Source: Marsupella aquatica (taxonomy: Eukaryota; Plantae; Marchantiophyta). Taken from it: 64,000 nucleotides of DNA. The notes beneath the pieces are model-generated. The model saw only the letters and a list, made by a program, of their open reading frames with translations. It ran no database searches and was not told where the DNA came from. Location: NCBI GenBank assembly GCA_973895155.1, contig OZ316898.1:8915079-8979078 (forward strand), read 5' to 3'. A program made the translations under genes and the position numbers. Of this stretch, positions 37,973 through 51,775 are shown piece after piece. Every line of letters begins with the position of its first letter. Within the stretch, counting starts at the first letter, position 1.

Positions 37973-39204
37973 ATAATCACAACCTTACTCGATGTGTACT
38001 TGGTTAAGGTTAGACGTGTCACTACTATATTCAGTAGAAGTACTTACAGGAGTTAGTGAGGGGAATACAGGTTTATTGTTATAGAGTAGCCTAAGAGTTA
38101 GGGAGACTGGTTTAGAGTGTGAAGACTTGGTACTCACAGTAAGTTGAAGGCTTTGAGTCTAATTACTAATTAAAAGCTCTTTTGAGTGTTCCTATGGACG
38201 TTTGGAGACGTGAAACACATATCTCTTGTGTCAACAATTTGTGTGTTGGATGTTATATACAAATGTGCATGCTGTTGTGAGTTACTCAATAGAATGACTC
38301 AGCAATTGGAAAGGCTTTTACAACTTCAAGTGCCAGAATTCTTTGTTACAAGAGTAATTTACGGCTTGTTATGAGCAATAGCCCCTCAAAACTCGGGGAA
38401 AATACCATGAGAAGAGGGCATCCCTATATACAGAAATGCATTGCCAAAAAAATTTGGAAGATGTCAAACTATTGTGTAGCTTTGCTTATATCATATGTGA
38501 CCCTTGCAACCTCAAAGTTTTGGGGGCCAAGGGGGCAAATGGGATTTGTTGAAGAAGCTGTCTTTGTATGGAGCCCTCCACATCATCTGCAACATTTATA
38601 GGTCTGTTAGAACTTCAACTTCACTAGAAAAAATTCTCTTCTCCCTATTCATTTACAATATTCTAGCTTAATATTCCAAAAAACCACTAACTTTTCTTAT
38701 AGGTCCTAATATTGGATTTAAAATACCCTAATATTCTTACACTTGGAACCAATAAAATTTGACCCTATGTTTTGTCAATGTGATGTGTAGTTTCTGTGGA
38801 AGTGAGACCCCCAAGAAGAGGACCAACCATAAGCCTTCATTCATCCAAACTAATGACAACAATCTTCACATAGATGCTTGTGGCGATGTTTGACAGCCCT
38901 ATTAACCTGCAGCTAATAAAAACTGGAACCTGCTATTGGAATGCATATTGGAGTGTGCCAACTAATCTGGCACACTTTCCCTATTTATCCTGTCCTCCAT
39001 CAAATGTGCCTTGAAGACTCACTGCTGATTGCCAGCCAGGTGTGCCTCAAATAGGGGTTTCCCTTCCACACTCAATTTTCGGCCTCATATTTGAAGGTAC
39101 AAGCTAATGTGGGTTAAGTTTCCTCTCAGACTTGTCTTCTGTTTTTCAAAGCAGACAATCTCACATGGGTTTCAATACCAGTAGTTCCAAGAGCAGATCA
39201 CATA

Positions 39205-40374
39205 CTCACCACATACTCACCATGAGTACCACTGAAAAGAAATGTCCCTGGCAAAACAGGACCACCAGGAGAATGTCTAAAGACAAGAAAAACTGAACTC
39301 ACTTCTCCACAAAATGCAATCGACGTGTTCAACCAGTGGAAGAGTAGTTGTGCTCTACTACTTGCAGATATTAGGTGAGGCGCACCAACAATCCCTTTAC
39401 TACTTAGAATGCAATATGCATGTTGTACCAGCTAGGTACAAGAGTATAGTTGCTCTACTAACTTCTTTGTGTTAGGTGAAGCATAGTTTCCTTACATTGC
39501 CATAGACAAATATCAATCTACTTTCTGTTTCTTTGGGGGCGAGGGGGATGGGGAGCTTGGGCAATATGGAGAGTACATAATTTATGTTTATTGTTAAAGT
39601 GCGTACTTGTAGACCAAAACGTTTCCACAATTTTGGATGGTAAAATATGACGCTATGAGTACTTGATAGATTGACAAACAAAAGTGTGATAGTCTTTTGT
39701 GATATGATGACTGAAGAAGTGCTAGTTTACAGGTTTGAAAGATTCTGACATGTTTGAAAGACTCTGATTCACTAAAGATTGACTGACAAGTTTGAGTGAC
39801 TGAGTATCTGAAAAAGTTTATATTTTACACCAAGACATGCTTGTTGCACTTTTGAGACAGCCCGTTCTATGATTGCCTTCACTGGTCACTAAAATTTCCA
39901 CTCAGAAAAAAAAAAACCAAGAAAACAGGACTCTAAGGTCAGCCGCCTTTATCAGGAAACTAACGGTAGAGTCAGAAAGCTCATCACATGCTCGCCATGC
40001 GTACCATTGAAAAACAAAACACATCCCTGGCAAAGGAGCACTACCAGAAGGATGTCTAAAGACAAGAAAAATCTAAAACCACTTCTGCACGAAAGGCAAT
40101 CGACGTGTTCGACCTCTGGTGGAGCAGTTGTGCTTCACCACTTGCAGAAATAGTAGGTGAGGCGCACGTCAACAAACGCTTTACTACTGCAAATGCAGTA
40201 TGCATGTTGTACCAGGTACAGGAATATAGTTGCGCTACTGTCTTCCTTGTGTTAGGTGAAGCAATTCATTTTCTGTTTTTCTTTTCTTTTCCTTTTCTTT
40301 TTTGGGTAAGCTAGGGGCGATATTGAGAGTACATAATCTCTGGTTTAATGAGCCTTGTTCATACTTGTGGACCA
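39205..40374. repeat. Diverged ~400-bp direct duplication (39205-39617 and 39985-40374)
   Basis: Colinear blocks TCCCTGGCAAA, ATGTCTAAAGACAAGAAAAA, GCAATCGACGTGTTC, TAGGTGAGGCGCAC, TGCATGTTGTACCAG, TTGTGTTAGGTGAAGCA and GAGAGTACATAAT. Confidence 0.8.
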
Positions 40375-43300
40375 AGTATTTGTTATATGACAACTGAAGC
40401 CATATACTACACTCTGATTCACGAAACATTGTGTGACGGGTTTGAGTGAGCATCTGATGGAGTTTACCGTTCACATATATGTATCTTATACCATAACAGA
40501 AGAAGACATCTGAGCGACTGTACCAATTATCCATGGAAGCAAGGGGAACTTCAGTAGTTCAAGTAGCAAGACAGGATGAAAATTGCTGCAGTCATACCCC
40601 TGCATTGACACTCTGCTTCGTCTTTGCCTTGGAAGGAGTATTTTCATAAAGGCCGGCCCCAAAAGAGGTGCCAAGAGATTGACACGCTTCTTTGGCGTAC
40701 ATGGTAGAGTTGCAAGTGAAGATTTACATGTCCACGAAGTATTGTCCACCAGGGTTGAGGAAAACCGAACGTTCGAAAGGATAGCAAATGCAGGACCATA
40801 CAATGTAATTAAATTCCAATGTACACATTGAATGTAATTAATCGCTACGAATCTGCCCGGAGAATGAATCACAGGATCATTTCAGATAATTTCCTCAAAT
40901 GAATTTCGAAATTCCTCTCGGACGACAGATAAGGCGGAGAAGATTAGTTATGGAATTCTCTTGTTCCAATTTACAGTAGTGACCTAAAGAACATGACGAC
41001 ATGGTTGGGGGTAAGTTCATTTTCCGACTGGCGACATGTTAGTGTTGATTTTCAAGCTCGCCCAAGAAGTTGATCTGGAAATTTTACGGCGAGCACAGAC
41101 CAGGTTTGTCGCGGCTCCAATTGTGTGAACTTAGGGGTCTCTCTGTGGATCATAAGATCTGTGCATTGTATGTGCTAAAGCCATTGGAACGTTACTGGGA
41201 ATCCATCGCAAATACAGTACAGTAAATGACTAGAAAGAGTCCAGCGCAGTTCTTCGTAACTTTGCCCTTCGTAACACTGCCATTTCAAGCAAGCTTACAG
41301 TACCTCCTGACTTGAAAGGGTCCTCTCATCCCGCCTCGCTCTCCGATAATCCTTGCTCCTTGATCATCTTTCTCAGGATTGGAATGTCAACTTACAGTCC
41401 GTAAGTGACAGATCAGCTCTCCATTTTTCTTTCCCCTTGAAAGATTTCAGTTAATTCCATCATGATTGAAGAGAAATTACGGTCTTGTCCTAGTACTTAA
41501 GGACCTTTCTCAGGACGTGGCAAGCTAGGAAACGTTCTGTGACAAATTAATTTCGCTTGATGGCTGGCCACAGATGCAAGGACGCTCTTTGCTCCTCATC
41601 GAGTCGTTGTTGTTGTTGGTTAGCTACAGTAAGTAGCTCAGAAACGTGTGAGACAGAGCTTCATGTCGGTGACCGTGTGCAACGTCAACAGTCTTTACGA
41701 ATCATGGGGATTTGTCTCGTTGCCCGTTGGCTTGGTATACGTAGATAACCTTTTCCTCTGCAAGAACAAATCCAGGTCTAGCCAATATTTACTGGTTGGG
41801 TCGACGTACATATCACACCAGAGGTGGCGACAATACTGATTACAGTTACTCAGCTCTATACCATAACATTTCCGATGGCGTGAATTGGACTCAGTCTACC
41901 ATTTTTTGTGAATGGGTTCTATTGTAAGTTTAGGTTCTAGATGAAGGGGATGTTTTAGATTCGTTGCAAGGGACCACATCGAACTTTATAACTTTATCGG
42001 GGCAGGGCTTGATCGGGTTCCGTTCAAAAGCTCAAACCACCACATCTTTGGTGCGATGTCATATCAGAAGGTCGTTGCCAGCATAGTCGCGGTTATCAGG
42101 AGTGACCTCATCTCTCGCTGAGTGTGTGCTGTCAGGCTTGACTGCTTTCCGGGTCGCTTTTGGTGATGAAGTTGGGAAATTTACATCTGCAGATCTCTAC
42201 TCTGGGTCGCCCTAGTTGATTGTAGGATACGGTACAGGGTTGTTCTCTTTCCCTCTTGTGGATTTTACTTCAATTTCCCACTCGGCAAATGTTTTTGTAG
42301 CCTTTCCTTGTCAGTTGTGAATATGAATATGTCAGTTGTGATTGTGGCATACTAGCTACAACCCCTATCGTTGTCAGAAAATTAATTCAGACACTGCCCA
42401 GGGCCAAGTAAACAATGTATCCCAAAGCATTTGGGAGGAATCTCCCTGGCCAGGACTCATGATTACGGAGTAAGAAACATGTGACACACTAGTATTGAAA
42501 TGATTTTTATGTTGGGAAATGCTTAGCAAGGGTAAGACAAGCCACCTGGACAAACACAAAGGTTTGACAGGTGCTTAGATGAACTCACAGAAGTTTCTGA
42601 TAGACTCAAAGCAAACATTAAATTGTATTGATTTCACATCACATTTTACAGTTTCTTCAGAACCCTTTGCTTGTTTTGTTGCATTATGGTTCAAGTGTGT
42701 TCATCCCAGTCTCCAAAACCAACCTTTGTCTGTAGGGGCTTTCCTTTCATTAGCAGAGCTTTGACGCTACACCTTTTCACTACACCTTTTGTTGGTGCTT
42801 GGCTATTGTAGCTCCCAAGGGAACGGTGTATCTGCGTATCCAAAAAGAACATGTTCTGCTACCCCTGTACAAAGTCACCAACAACATAGGTGGTCACACT
42901 ATATTGTCCAAGATCCACATAAAGTCATCAAAAAATATTTTAATGAAGACAATGAAGACCAACTAAGTATGAAACACAGTCACCTCAATGGTTTGTAAAT
43001 CTATTTTTCTTTAATGGGTTTTTACTTAATTGCAATGCCATATGTACAACCAGTTGTAGGCTTCTCAAATTCAAGAGTAAGTTTATGAAACATTGCAAAA
43101 CCACCATGGCTGCATAATCAAAAATTGAAGGCAAAGCTCTAACCACTACTTGGAGCTATGTATTTAAATTTTCTGAAGCTATTGATTTTGCACCCAAATT
43201 TGCACTACTAGCAAAGAATTGTCTTGCCACGGATCAGCCACTTGTTTGCAAAGCAATTCAGAAGTTATTCTTTTGGCAAACATCCAAACCTCTAAACCTC

Positions 43301-43459
43301 ACATTGTAGTTCTAATACAATTGACTTCACAAAGGCTTTGCTAACCTAATAGATTTTGTGTTGAAATTGTTTGCTTCTGCATAAAGTTCAACTATTGTAG
43401 GCAAGCGCCTCAAGGGTTTCACTTCCACAAAAATGGCACATCATGAGTGATGAATAATA

Positions 43460-46400
43460 TGCTAGATATTGCTCTAGTCTTGTGACTCATGAACTAACCA
43501 TAGTTAGTTTAACTCGAGTTAGGACTTAGCTAATATTAACGGTAGTGCTGTTGTGTATTTTAGCCAGGGTTGATGCCAGACCCTGGTGGAACTTAGGCTC
43601 ATTGTTACGGAGCTAGTTGAGAGATAGAGAGAGCTTGTGCTGTGGATGCCCTAAACTCCTTCACATTGTGGACGATTATACTATGTCACGTTCATTGATG
43701 ATTACTCAAGGTATGTGTGGATATACATTCTACACAGTAAATCTGATGTTTTTGCCACTTTTAAAGAATGGAAAGCCCAAGTTGAGAATCAGACTGGTAA
43801 TAAGGTGAGATATCTTCGATCGGATAACGACGGTGAATACAGTTCCGCGGAATTTGGAACATATTGTAAGGAGCAGGGGATTACACGTCATTTCACAACA
43901 AGTTATACTCCTCAGCATAATGGTGTTTCTGAGAGACTTAACTGAACACTATTGGAATGCTCGAGGAGTATGTTGAGTCAATCATGCTTACCACATGAGT
44001 TTTGGGCTGAAATTGTCAACACTACAACTTATTTGGTAAATTTTTCTCCATCTAGTTCTATTGGATTCAAGACGCCATTTGAAATGAGATATGGGCATTC
44101 AACAGATTACTTACATCTGAGGATTTTTGGATGTGATGCTTATGTGCTTACACCTTCCCAACTTTGATCCAAGCTGGAGTCCAAGTCGAAGAAGTGCATT
44201 TTCCTTGGCTATCAAAAAGGTGTGAAGGGTTATAGGTTATGGGATCCAGTAACCTGTAAAATAATTGTCAATAGAAATGTGTCCTTTAATGAATCCAGAT
44301 CATCAAAGGAGGGGGAGAGTTCTCAGGACAAGGGGAAATCTCTCATCCTAGACCGGGTTGAGGGGGAGATTAGTCATGATGCTGTTCATGATAGGAGAGA
44401 TGGAGAAGCTCCGGGCTTGGAGCTGGTTCCTATGATGGAACAAGAGGAGTAAATTGTTGCTGCCCGGGTACCTCAAATTCAACCAGCAGCAACAGCAGAT
44501 CAGCCTGAGTCATCTTCTAGAAGAACTTCCGATCGTTCTACTAGAGCTCCTACCAGGTATGGTCAATGGGCAAACTCATCTAAGCTAGATGATATTGACA
44601 TTGCACCTGATGATGATAATATGGCTTTGATCTTGGAAGAAGGAGAGCCTTTTTCGTACAGTGAGGCTTGTGCTTGAGAGCAGAAGCATGAGTGGAATGC
44701 AGCAATGCAGAGGGAGTTGCAATCTTTGAGTGATAACAACACATGGGAGCTGGTGGAGTTTCCAAGAGGTCAGCAAGTGGTGGACAGCAAGTGAATTTAC
44801 AAGTTGAAGGATAGTCCTTCAGAGGGTGGAGCTAAGATCTACAAGGCAAGGCTAGTTGCCAAGGGATCCACTCAAGAGAAAAGAGTGGATTACAATGAGG
44901 TCTTTTCACCGGTTGCTAAGTATTCCACAATTCGGATCTTGTGTCAGCTTGTTGTGTTTTTGAGTCTGGTGATGGATCAGATAGATGTTGTTATTGCTTT
45001 TCTCTATGGCAACTTGGAAGAGATGATCTTCATGAGATAGCCACTAGGCTTTATGAAGAAAGGCCAAGAGAACTTAGTTTGTAGATTGCTCAAGTCCTTG
45101 TATGGATTGAAGCAATCTCCAAGACAGTGGAACAAGCGGTTTGATGATTTCATGCTTGCTCAAGGTGTTACAAGAATGGTGTATGATCCTTGTGTGTATA
45201 CAAAATTAGTCAAGAATGATGTATTTGGTTTTATCATTCTGGTGATCTATATGGATAACATGCTGATTGTGGCTAAAGATCAATCTGAGGTTGACAGTCT
45301 CAAGGAAAAATTGAGTGTTGAATTCAGGATGAAGGATCTTGGTAAGGCCAAGAGGATCTTAGAGATGGAGATTTTTAGGAACTCTGCTACTGGACACTTG
45401 TGCTTGAGTCAAGGCCAGTATGCGGGGAAAGTACTTGCACAATTCAACATGAAAAACTATAAGCCAGTGAGTATTCCTTTAGCTTCACATTTCAAGTTAT
45501 CATTGGCTTTCTCTCCTACGGATGCTGTGGAGAAAGGTCTGATGACTAAGATTCCTTATGAGAAGGCAGTAGGCAGTCTGATGTATTTGATGACTTGTAT
45601 TAGGCCTGAGTTGGCCCTAGCGATGGACAAGGTTAGCAGATTCATGTCAAATCCAGGGAAGGTACATCAATTGAGAAGTTGTGAAGTGGATTCTCAGGTA
45701 TCTGAAGGGAACACAAGACTATGGATTACTATTTGATAACAAATCAGATAGAACATTAGTAAGTTGGCTATGTAGATTCTGATTATGGAGGTTGTCTGGA
45801 TACAAAGAGGTCTACAACTGGGTTTGTATTTACTTTTGAAGGAGGATGTATCAGTTAAAAATCTACCTTGCATAAGTGTATATCTCAGTCTACTATAGAA
45901 GCAGAGTATGTTGCAGCAGTAGAAGCAGCAAAGGAAGCAATTTGGTTGGACAAGTTGATCGCGGGGATGGGTTTAGAGCATGGCAAAATGACTCCAAACT
46001 GTGATAGTCAGAGTGCTCTTCACTTGGCTGCTAACCAGGTGATGGATAGTAGGGTGAAGCATATTGATATCAGGTACCATTTTATCAGGCAAGCAGTGTC
46101 TGATAAAACTTTTGAGCTAGTCAAGATTGATGGAAAGCTCAATCCCGCTGATGCCTTTACCAAAGTGATTCCTTTGGAGAGTTTCTCAAGACACCGTGCT
46201 ACTTTGCAGGTTTTGCAGTTGTAGTGCAAGTAGAGCTATTTAGCAATGTATGACTATTGGTATATGGATCACTCATTCCAGTTTGACTACGGCTTAGTTC
46301 TAGTTAACCCTTAGTTAATCCTTGTGGTTTTTAGGGGGAGACTTGTTTAGGTGATTGTCTAGAACTTCCTGTTGAGGATTCCATATGGTAGCATTTAGTC

Positions 46401-46778
46401 CAGTCCCCAAGACAAGAGTCAAGGGGGAGTTTGTTAGATATTGCTCTAGTCTTGTGACTCATGAGCTAACCACAATAGTCTAACTCAGGTTAGGACTTAG
46501 CTAATGTTAGCGGTAGTGCTATTGTGTATTTAGCCAGGGCTGATGCCAGACCCAGGTGGAACTTAGGCTCATTGTTACGGAGCTAGTTGAGAGATAGGAA
46601 GAGCTTGTGCTGTGGATGCTTGGTATGGCCGGTCGACCTAGAGTGCAATAAAGCTCTTGTGTGTTCCCGTGGACGTAGCCTCATGTGGAGGTGAACCACG
46701 TATCTCTATGTGTCGACTCTTGTGCGTTGGATGGTTCATGGGCTTGCAATTGCGAATGTCGTCTAGCTATGCTCAACA
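43460..46778 (+). mobile_element. Ty1/Copia LTR retrotransposon, internally deleted and degenerate
   Basis: Truncated 5' LTR 43460-43648 and full 3' LTR 46432-46778, TSD TAATA, PPT AAGGGGGAG at 46421. Remnants in Copia order: integrase (FIDDYSR, LRSDNDGEY, PQHNGVSER), RT (YKARLVAKG, LYGLKQSPRQW, IYMDNM) and RNase H (EAEYVAA, CDSQSA, KHIDIRYHF), with stops and frameshifts. Confidence 0.95.
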
Positions 46779-47350
46779 TAATAGACTTTTTATTGGTTCT
46801 AACGGAAGTCTTAATAAGAATTTTCTCAAAAGAACAATAGGGTTTTTCAAATCCAATTTTGAAACTTATAAGTCCATTAGGGTCGTTTTTATAAAAAAAA
46901 TATAGGGGTAAAAATTTAATATTTTCTTTTACATTTTAGGGGGTCCAAGGCCAAAAACCGTTGTAGGTGATAGGGAGACCCCCTATAGTAAGACCCTTAA
47001 GGCAAGCACTACCAACGGTGCAAAGCTGTCACAAAATCAGTTTCTAACTATATTGCCTCTGAAGTTGTCTAGAATTATAATACTGGGCCACTATATGGTT
47101 GTATTTTTAAAATATCGCCACTATTCTCCACATCACCATGTCTATTGTACTGTATCCACATTGTAAAACCGTGGCAAAAAAGTGGAAGTGTTCTAATTCC
47201 AAGAAACTTTAGTGGAAAAGTACTTAAAACCTGGTTGCAAAATATGTCACATGCTGGTTGAGATAAACATTTGAACCTGATTTGGAAAAGCTTAGTTGCC
47301 ATAGACTTTCTGAAGAGCTTTTTGCAATGTATGGGGAGTCGCATTTGATG

Positions 47351-48134
47351 CACGAAAAGACTTAACAGGACCCCTCTGGCACTGGACTTAAGAGTCCAGC
47401 AAGATGCCATGAAGACTTAACAGGACAAGATGCCATGAAGACTTAACAGGACCTCCTGTGACTACAAACCCTTGCCCCATGTTCTTGTTGGTCTAGGAGT
47501 GCACACACTAAGTCACACACTTACTGTTCAGAGGGAGCTTCCTTTATTCTGAAAATCCATAACAGCGGAAGCTGATTGCCTAGCTCTAAGGTACATTATA
47601 AGTTATCGAGATGAGATAGTCCACTTAGAAGTGTGGAAAATTTGGAGTTAATAGGCCGGGAAGGGCTGTCATTCTTGTGCAGCAGCAGGTGAGCTTTGCC
47701 GTCAAAAGTGAATCGCTAAAAATTGAATATCAGGAGTATTTCTATGGCGCCTTGAGTAATTGGTCAGAATTGAGAAGAAAATCAACTCAACTTTCCCTAA
47801 GTATGCTGAAACTCCCTTTCCTTGCTCCCTTCCCCGACATTTGTTGTTCATGCTACTGTTTGAAACTGACCCTGTTGCTTGCTGTTTATAATTGCCTAAA
47901 CTGCTTCTCCAAGAGCCTCTGCTTAATCACCTCTACTCTGGTCCCAACTGCGTTGTACTACTTCAGTTGATGACATTCTGTTCTTGTATGACAATAACAT
48001 GCACTGATAACCACTCCATAAGAACCTGGCCACAGTGTGCAGTCACAAGGGTCTGGTTAAGTCTTGATGGCATCTTGTTGGACTGTTAAGTCCAGGAGAT
48101 GCCAAAGGGGTCCTGTTAACTAAGTCTTTTCCTG
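47351..48134. mobile_element. Mutator-like non-autonomous element with ~100-150 bp TIRs
   Basis: CACGAAAAGACTTAACAGGACCCCTCTGGCAC... is inverted at 48050-48134. 9-bp TSD CATTTGATG (47342-47350, 48135-48143). Confidence 0.85.
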
Positions 48135-51100
48135 CATTTGATGTAATGTGAGGAGAAAGGTTCTTTATATATTTTCAGGCTCACAAAGAAGCTTTGCAAG
48201 CAGGACAAATATCCTTTAGGTAAAATGATAGCATCCCATGATTGGACTATTTACACTTATGGCTTCTCCCCTCTCTCTGTGCAATAATATCACAAAATCA
48301 GTCTCATTGTTTACTCACAAAGCTCAATTTACTGAGTATTTCAAATGCTCAAAGTACTCTAATTGCAAAATTAATATTCCTCAAAGTGTGCCTTGAAACC
48401 GGTGAGTATGTTCATTGTGACCAATGGTTTTTTGTGCCAAACTGCTGTCGACGATACCCCCCCCCCCCCCCCCAAATCAATCTCTTGCTCACTGTGTGCT
48501 GTAATAGAACATCCACATCCAAAGTCACAGATAGCCAGCATATTGGCAATCCCAGTACGTGGATACCTGGCCATTCTGATGCTCCGGGTCTGAAAACAAT
48601 ATAATTGAAGAGATGGGAGATCCTTCCTTGACTTCAGCACTCCACACCTTCCCACCTTCAGGGGCAAGGGAGGATAGGAACAGTCATACAAAGCCATATC
48701 CAAGTGGGCCAACTGAAGCCAGACTACTCAATTGGTGCCCTGGTCTTAGGACACTTTGGAAGTAATCCTGGGAGCAATACTTGGCGTGCCAGTGTATGCT
48801 AGAATATCTTGAAAGCCCATAGCTCTCACTTCATTGAGCAGAGTAGGTCCAATAAAAAAGGCCCTAAGTTTTTACAAGACTCAAAATTGGATTTGAAATA
48901 CCTTAAGGTTTTTTCCAAGAAAATTTCTAAGTATTCACTTAGAACTAAATGAAACAACAAAATGCCTCCCCATATGTCTCATGGCAAGTGATATGACAGT
49001 TTTGCTGAAATGAAACCCCCAGATCTAACTTGATATATGTGTTGATTGTGGGGCCTAATATCAGGTCTTTGGGTGGTCCACATGGATAGATTGCAAGTCC
49101 CCCATCCCACCCCATCCGCCATGAGTTCAGTTAGTCAGGACTACAGTAGATGCCCCCCACACCCACTCGGGTTTTAGTTGGACACTTCCTATTTTTGGTC
49201 CCCTTTCTGGTGTTGCCCTGTCAGTGGGCCACCCTGGTGCATGCTGTTTTTTGATAAAATTCTTGGATAAACTTCATGCATGCTGTCTTTCGGATTGAAT
49301 TCGAAAAGATCTTTCAAGGCAAAAAGATCTTTCAATGCAAAAAGAGAGCGAGGTGTGAGATCTTTCGGGGCAAACCGAGAGTGAGGTGTGTTACCTAGGA
49401 GTTTCCTTCCTGAGTCGAGATTGACGGGCTTCCCAAAGTCATTGAATTCAGCAATCATTACAAAATTCCTGACCAGCGTGGGATTTCGTTGGCACGTAAC
49501 AACGAATCCTACAGTTCTGCTGAACGATTCGTTTCCTACCATCAATCACACAAGTTCATGCAACATGTTTAGAACATATGTTTAGGAGTTCAAGGCGCAT
49601 GAACATGTTTAGAACATATATTTCTCTCCTGATCCCGTCAGCAATCCTCCACAGTTTGTAGGAACAACAGATGGATCCTGAACAGGCCCAAAGATTACAC
49701 TATAGAGGTCAGCAGTTGCCAATCTACTGTAGTTGAAAACAAAAAATTACCCAAAAACCGAAGGAATCGTTCTCTGGATCACCTGCAGCTAGAGCAGCTG
49801 CACTGTGCCAAGATGCTCTTTCAAAGCTGAGCGGGATCTTTCAATATGTAACTCCAAAATCAACCCAAAAGAGTTTCAAAGCATGGTTTCCGATCCCAAT
49901 TGACTGTCGTAGCGGCTCTAAGTAGTCCAAGTCATCAACCTCAACTCCAGCACAGTCGCCAAGATCGGGGCAGGCTCATTTTCCTCAGATTCTCATGACC
50001 GAGGGAAGTGGTAAACTGCGTTGCAACATCAAAAGAACCCTGGTTGTAGGTAGTGCAGAGCTTTACCTACATTTGTCAATATATCAAATTATATGTCGAT
50101 CAGGATGAGACTTCAGCATTTCAAAAGCATTTTCCCTTGTCGTGAAAGTCCTCATCTCACACTAACTTCGACGAAATCTGCGACAATACAACGGTGCAGT
50201 GCTCTTTTATCCTTCAGTAGTAGCCAGCTAGGATAAGTCATGGACTCAAGATATGACGGCAGAGACGAAAAACAAACATGCTCAAGCCAATCATCGGTTA
50301 ACAATTGATTACATATAAACCTTCAGTTCCTCGAAAATTCCTCCCGCCTTTTCGGCCTGCGCTGCACCTACAATCGATCGAAGACTACGATCAAGGGCAA
50401 CTTTGCCAGTGGGAAGACCCTATGTACACGGTACATCGCTATGGATATGAGGATCGCACAGAAACGAGATTCGGCATTGTAGAGGTCACTACGATCATCC
50501 CTTCGTTGTTGGACTGCTACAGCACGATTTCAAATCAAACGACGACTAATTCCTCCTGCAGAATCAATTGGACCATAGAACGAAGATGAGATTTGTGTCA
50601 TGCGCTAGGCAAGGAATAATGTTAGGTGAAACACGTTTTATTTCGTTTGTCCAGGCAAGTCAATGAGTACTGTAGTTCCGGCCTCTTATATATCCTGTCG
50701 ATCTATTTCTGAATGACATTAGCAGCAATAGCTTTAAGGCTCATGGGGAAAGTCAAATCTACGTCAAGGAAAACCTCCAGCACCGTTGTAGCTAGCTGAA
50801 TAATATTGAGGTGTAAGTTTGCATTAAACTGACATCAAAATGTCGATGCTAAATAGCCTCTCATATCCTACTTCAGACACACTGCCCAAGTGAAGGCTCG
50901 TTGTGATGGCCTCGTCCTGCTGAAATGAACGCGGTACATTCAAAGTCTAAGCAAAAGATTGACGTCATCTCAATTTATGAGGGCGGCGACCTCTTACTTC
51001 CCCGAACACACGACACACGATGCCAAGATGCTACGAGCGACTGATGAAAAGCTAGCTCCATCTCGCCTGCAGCCTTCAAACCTGCGCTTCTATGGACAGA

Positions 51101-51588
51101 CTCAACAGCACTTCTTTTGATTTCCGTTCTCAGCAGCAAAAGATGTTCCAAACACAACATTTACGGCGTGGTAACGCGCTCGTTCCATCTTCATTGTGTG
51201 GCACCTTCTGGACTCGACACCAATGGTATGCATTCCGAGGCGAGATCAGTTCAGTTACATTGTAATACTACGCATGACATATATCAATGTACAGAAAATG
51301 GTGAGCAGTCCGCAGGTTGCCCGAAAGAGGGGTACAGCCACAACACTCTAATGTGATTTCTGGACCCCATCTGTTCTATCTGGACCTAATCGAAGCAGAA
51401 CCTGACTACATCAACCTCCTAGAGAATTTCTCGGCATGGTTCGCCAGTCCGTGCAGCATTAGACCAAGCTCTGACTAGTCTTCGTTCAGAACTGGTAAAG
51501 AAATCATGCTTTTCGGAGAAAGCCTTCTGATTAGTAATCCGACGAGTCACTGTATGAGACATTCTCTGACAGGGAATTCTCTCCCAAA

Positions 51589-51775
51589 GATCCGGTGCAA
51601 TTAAAGGTTATGAAATATGCCACCACGTCAACGCTTGAATGTCATGCACTGTTATCAAACACATTTCGTTTGGGAGTTTCTCTTCCAACGATCCGGTGCA
51701 ATTAAAGGTTCTGAAAGTTGTATCTACATCAACGCTTGAATGTCATGCGCAGTACGGTATCAAACACACTTCGTT
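51589..51775. repeat. ~101-bp-period tandem duplication
   Basis: GATCCGGTGCAATTAAAGGTT...TCAACGCTTGAATGTCATGC...TATCAAACACA occurs twice. Confidence 0.8.

Noticed and set aside
49189-49545. 118-aa minus-strand ORF
   Set aside because: No motif or homology recognisable; it contains a short local duplication (LFALKD twice).
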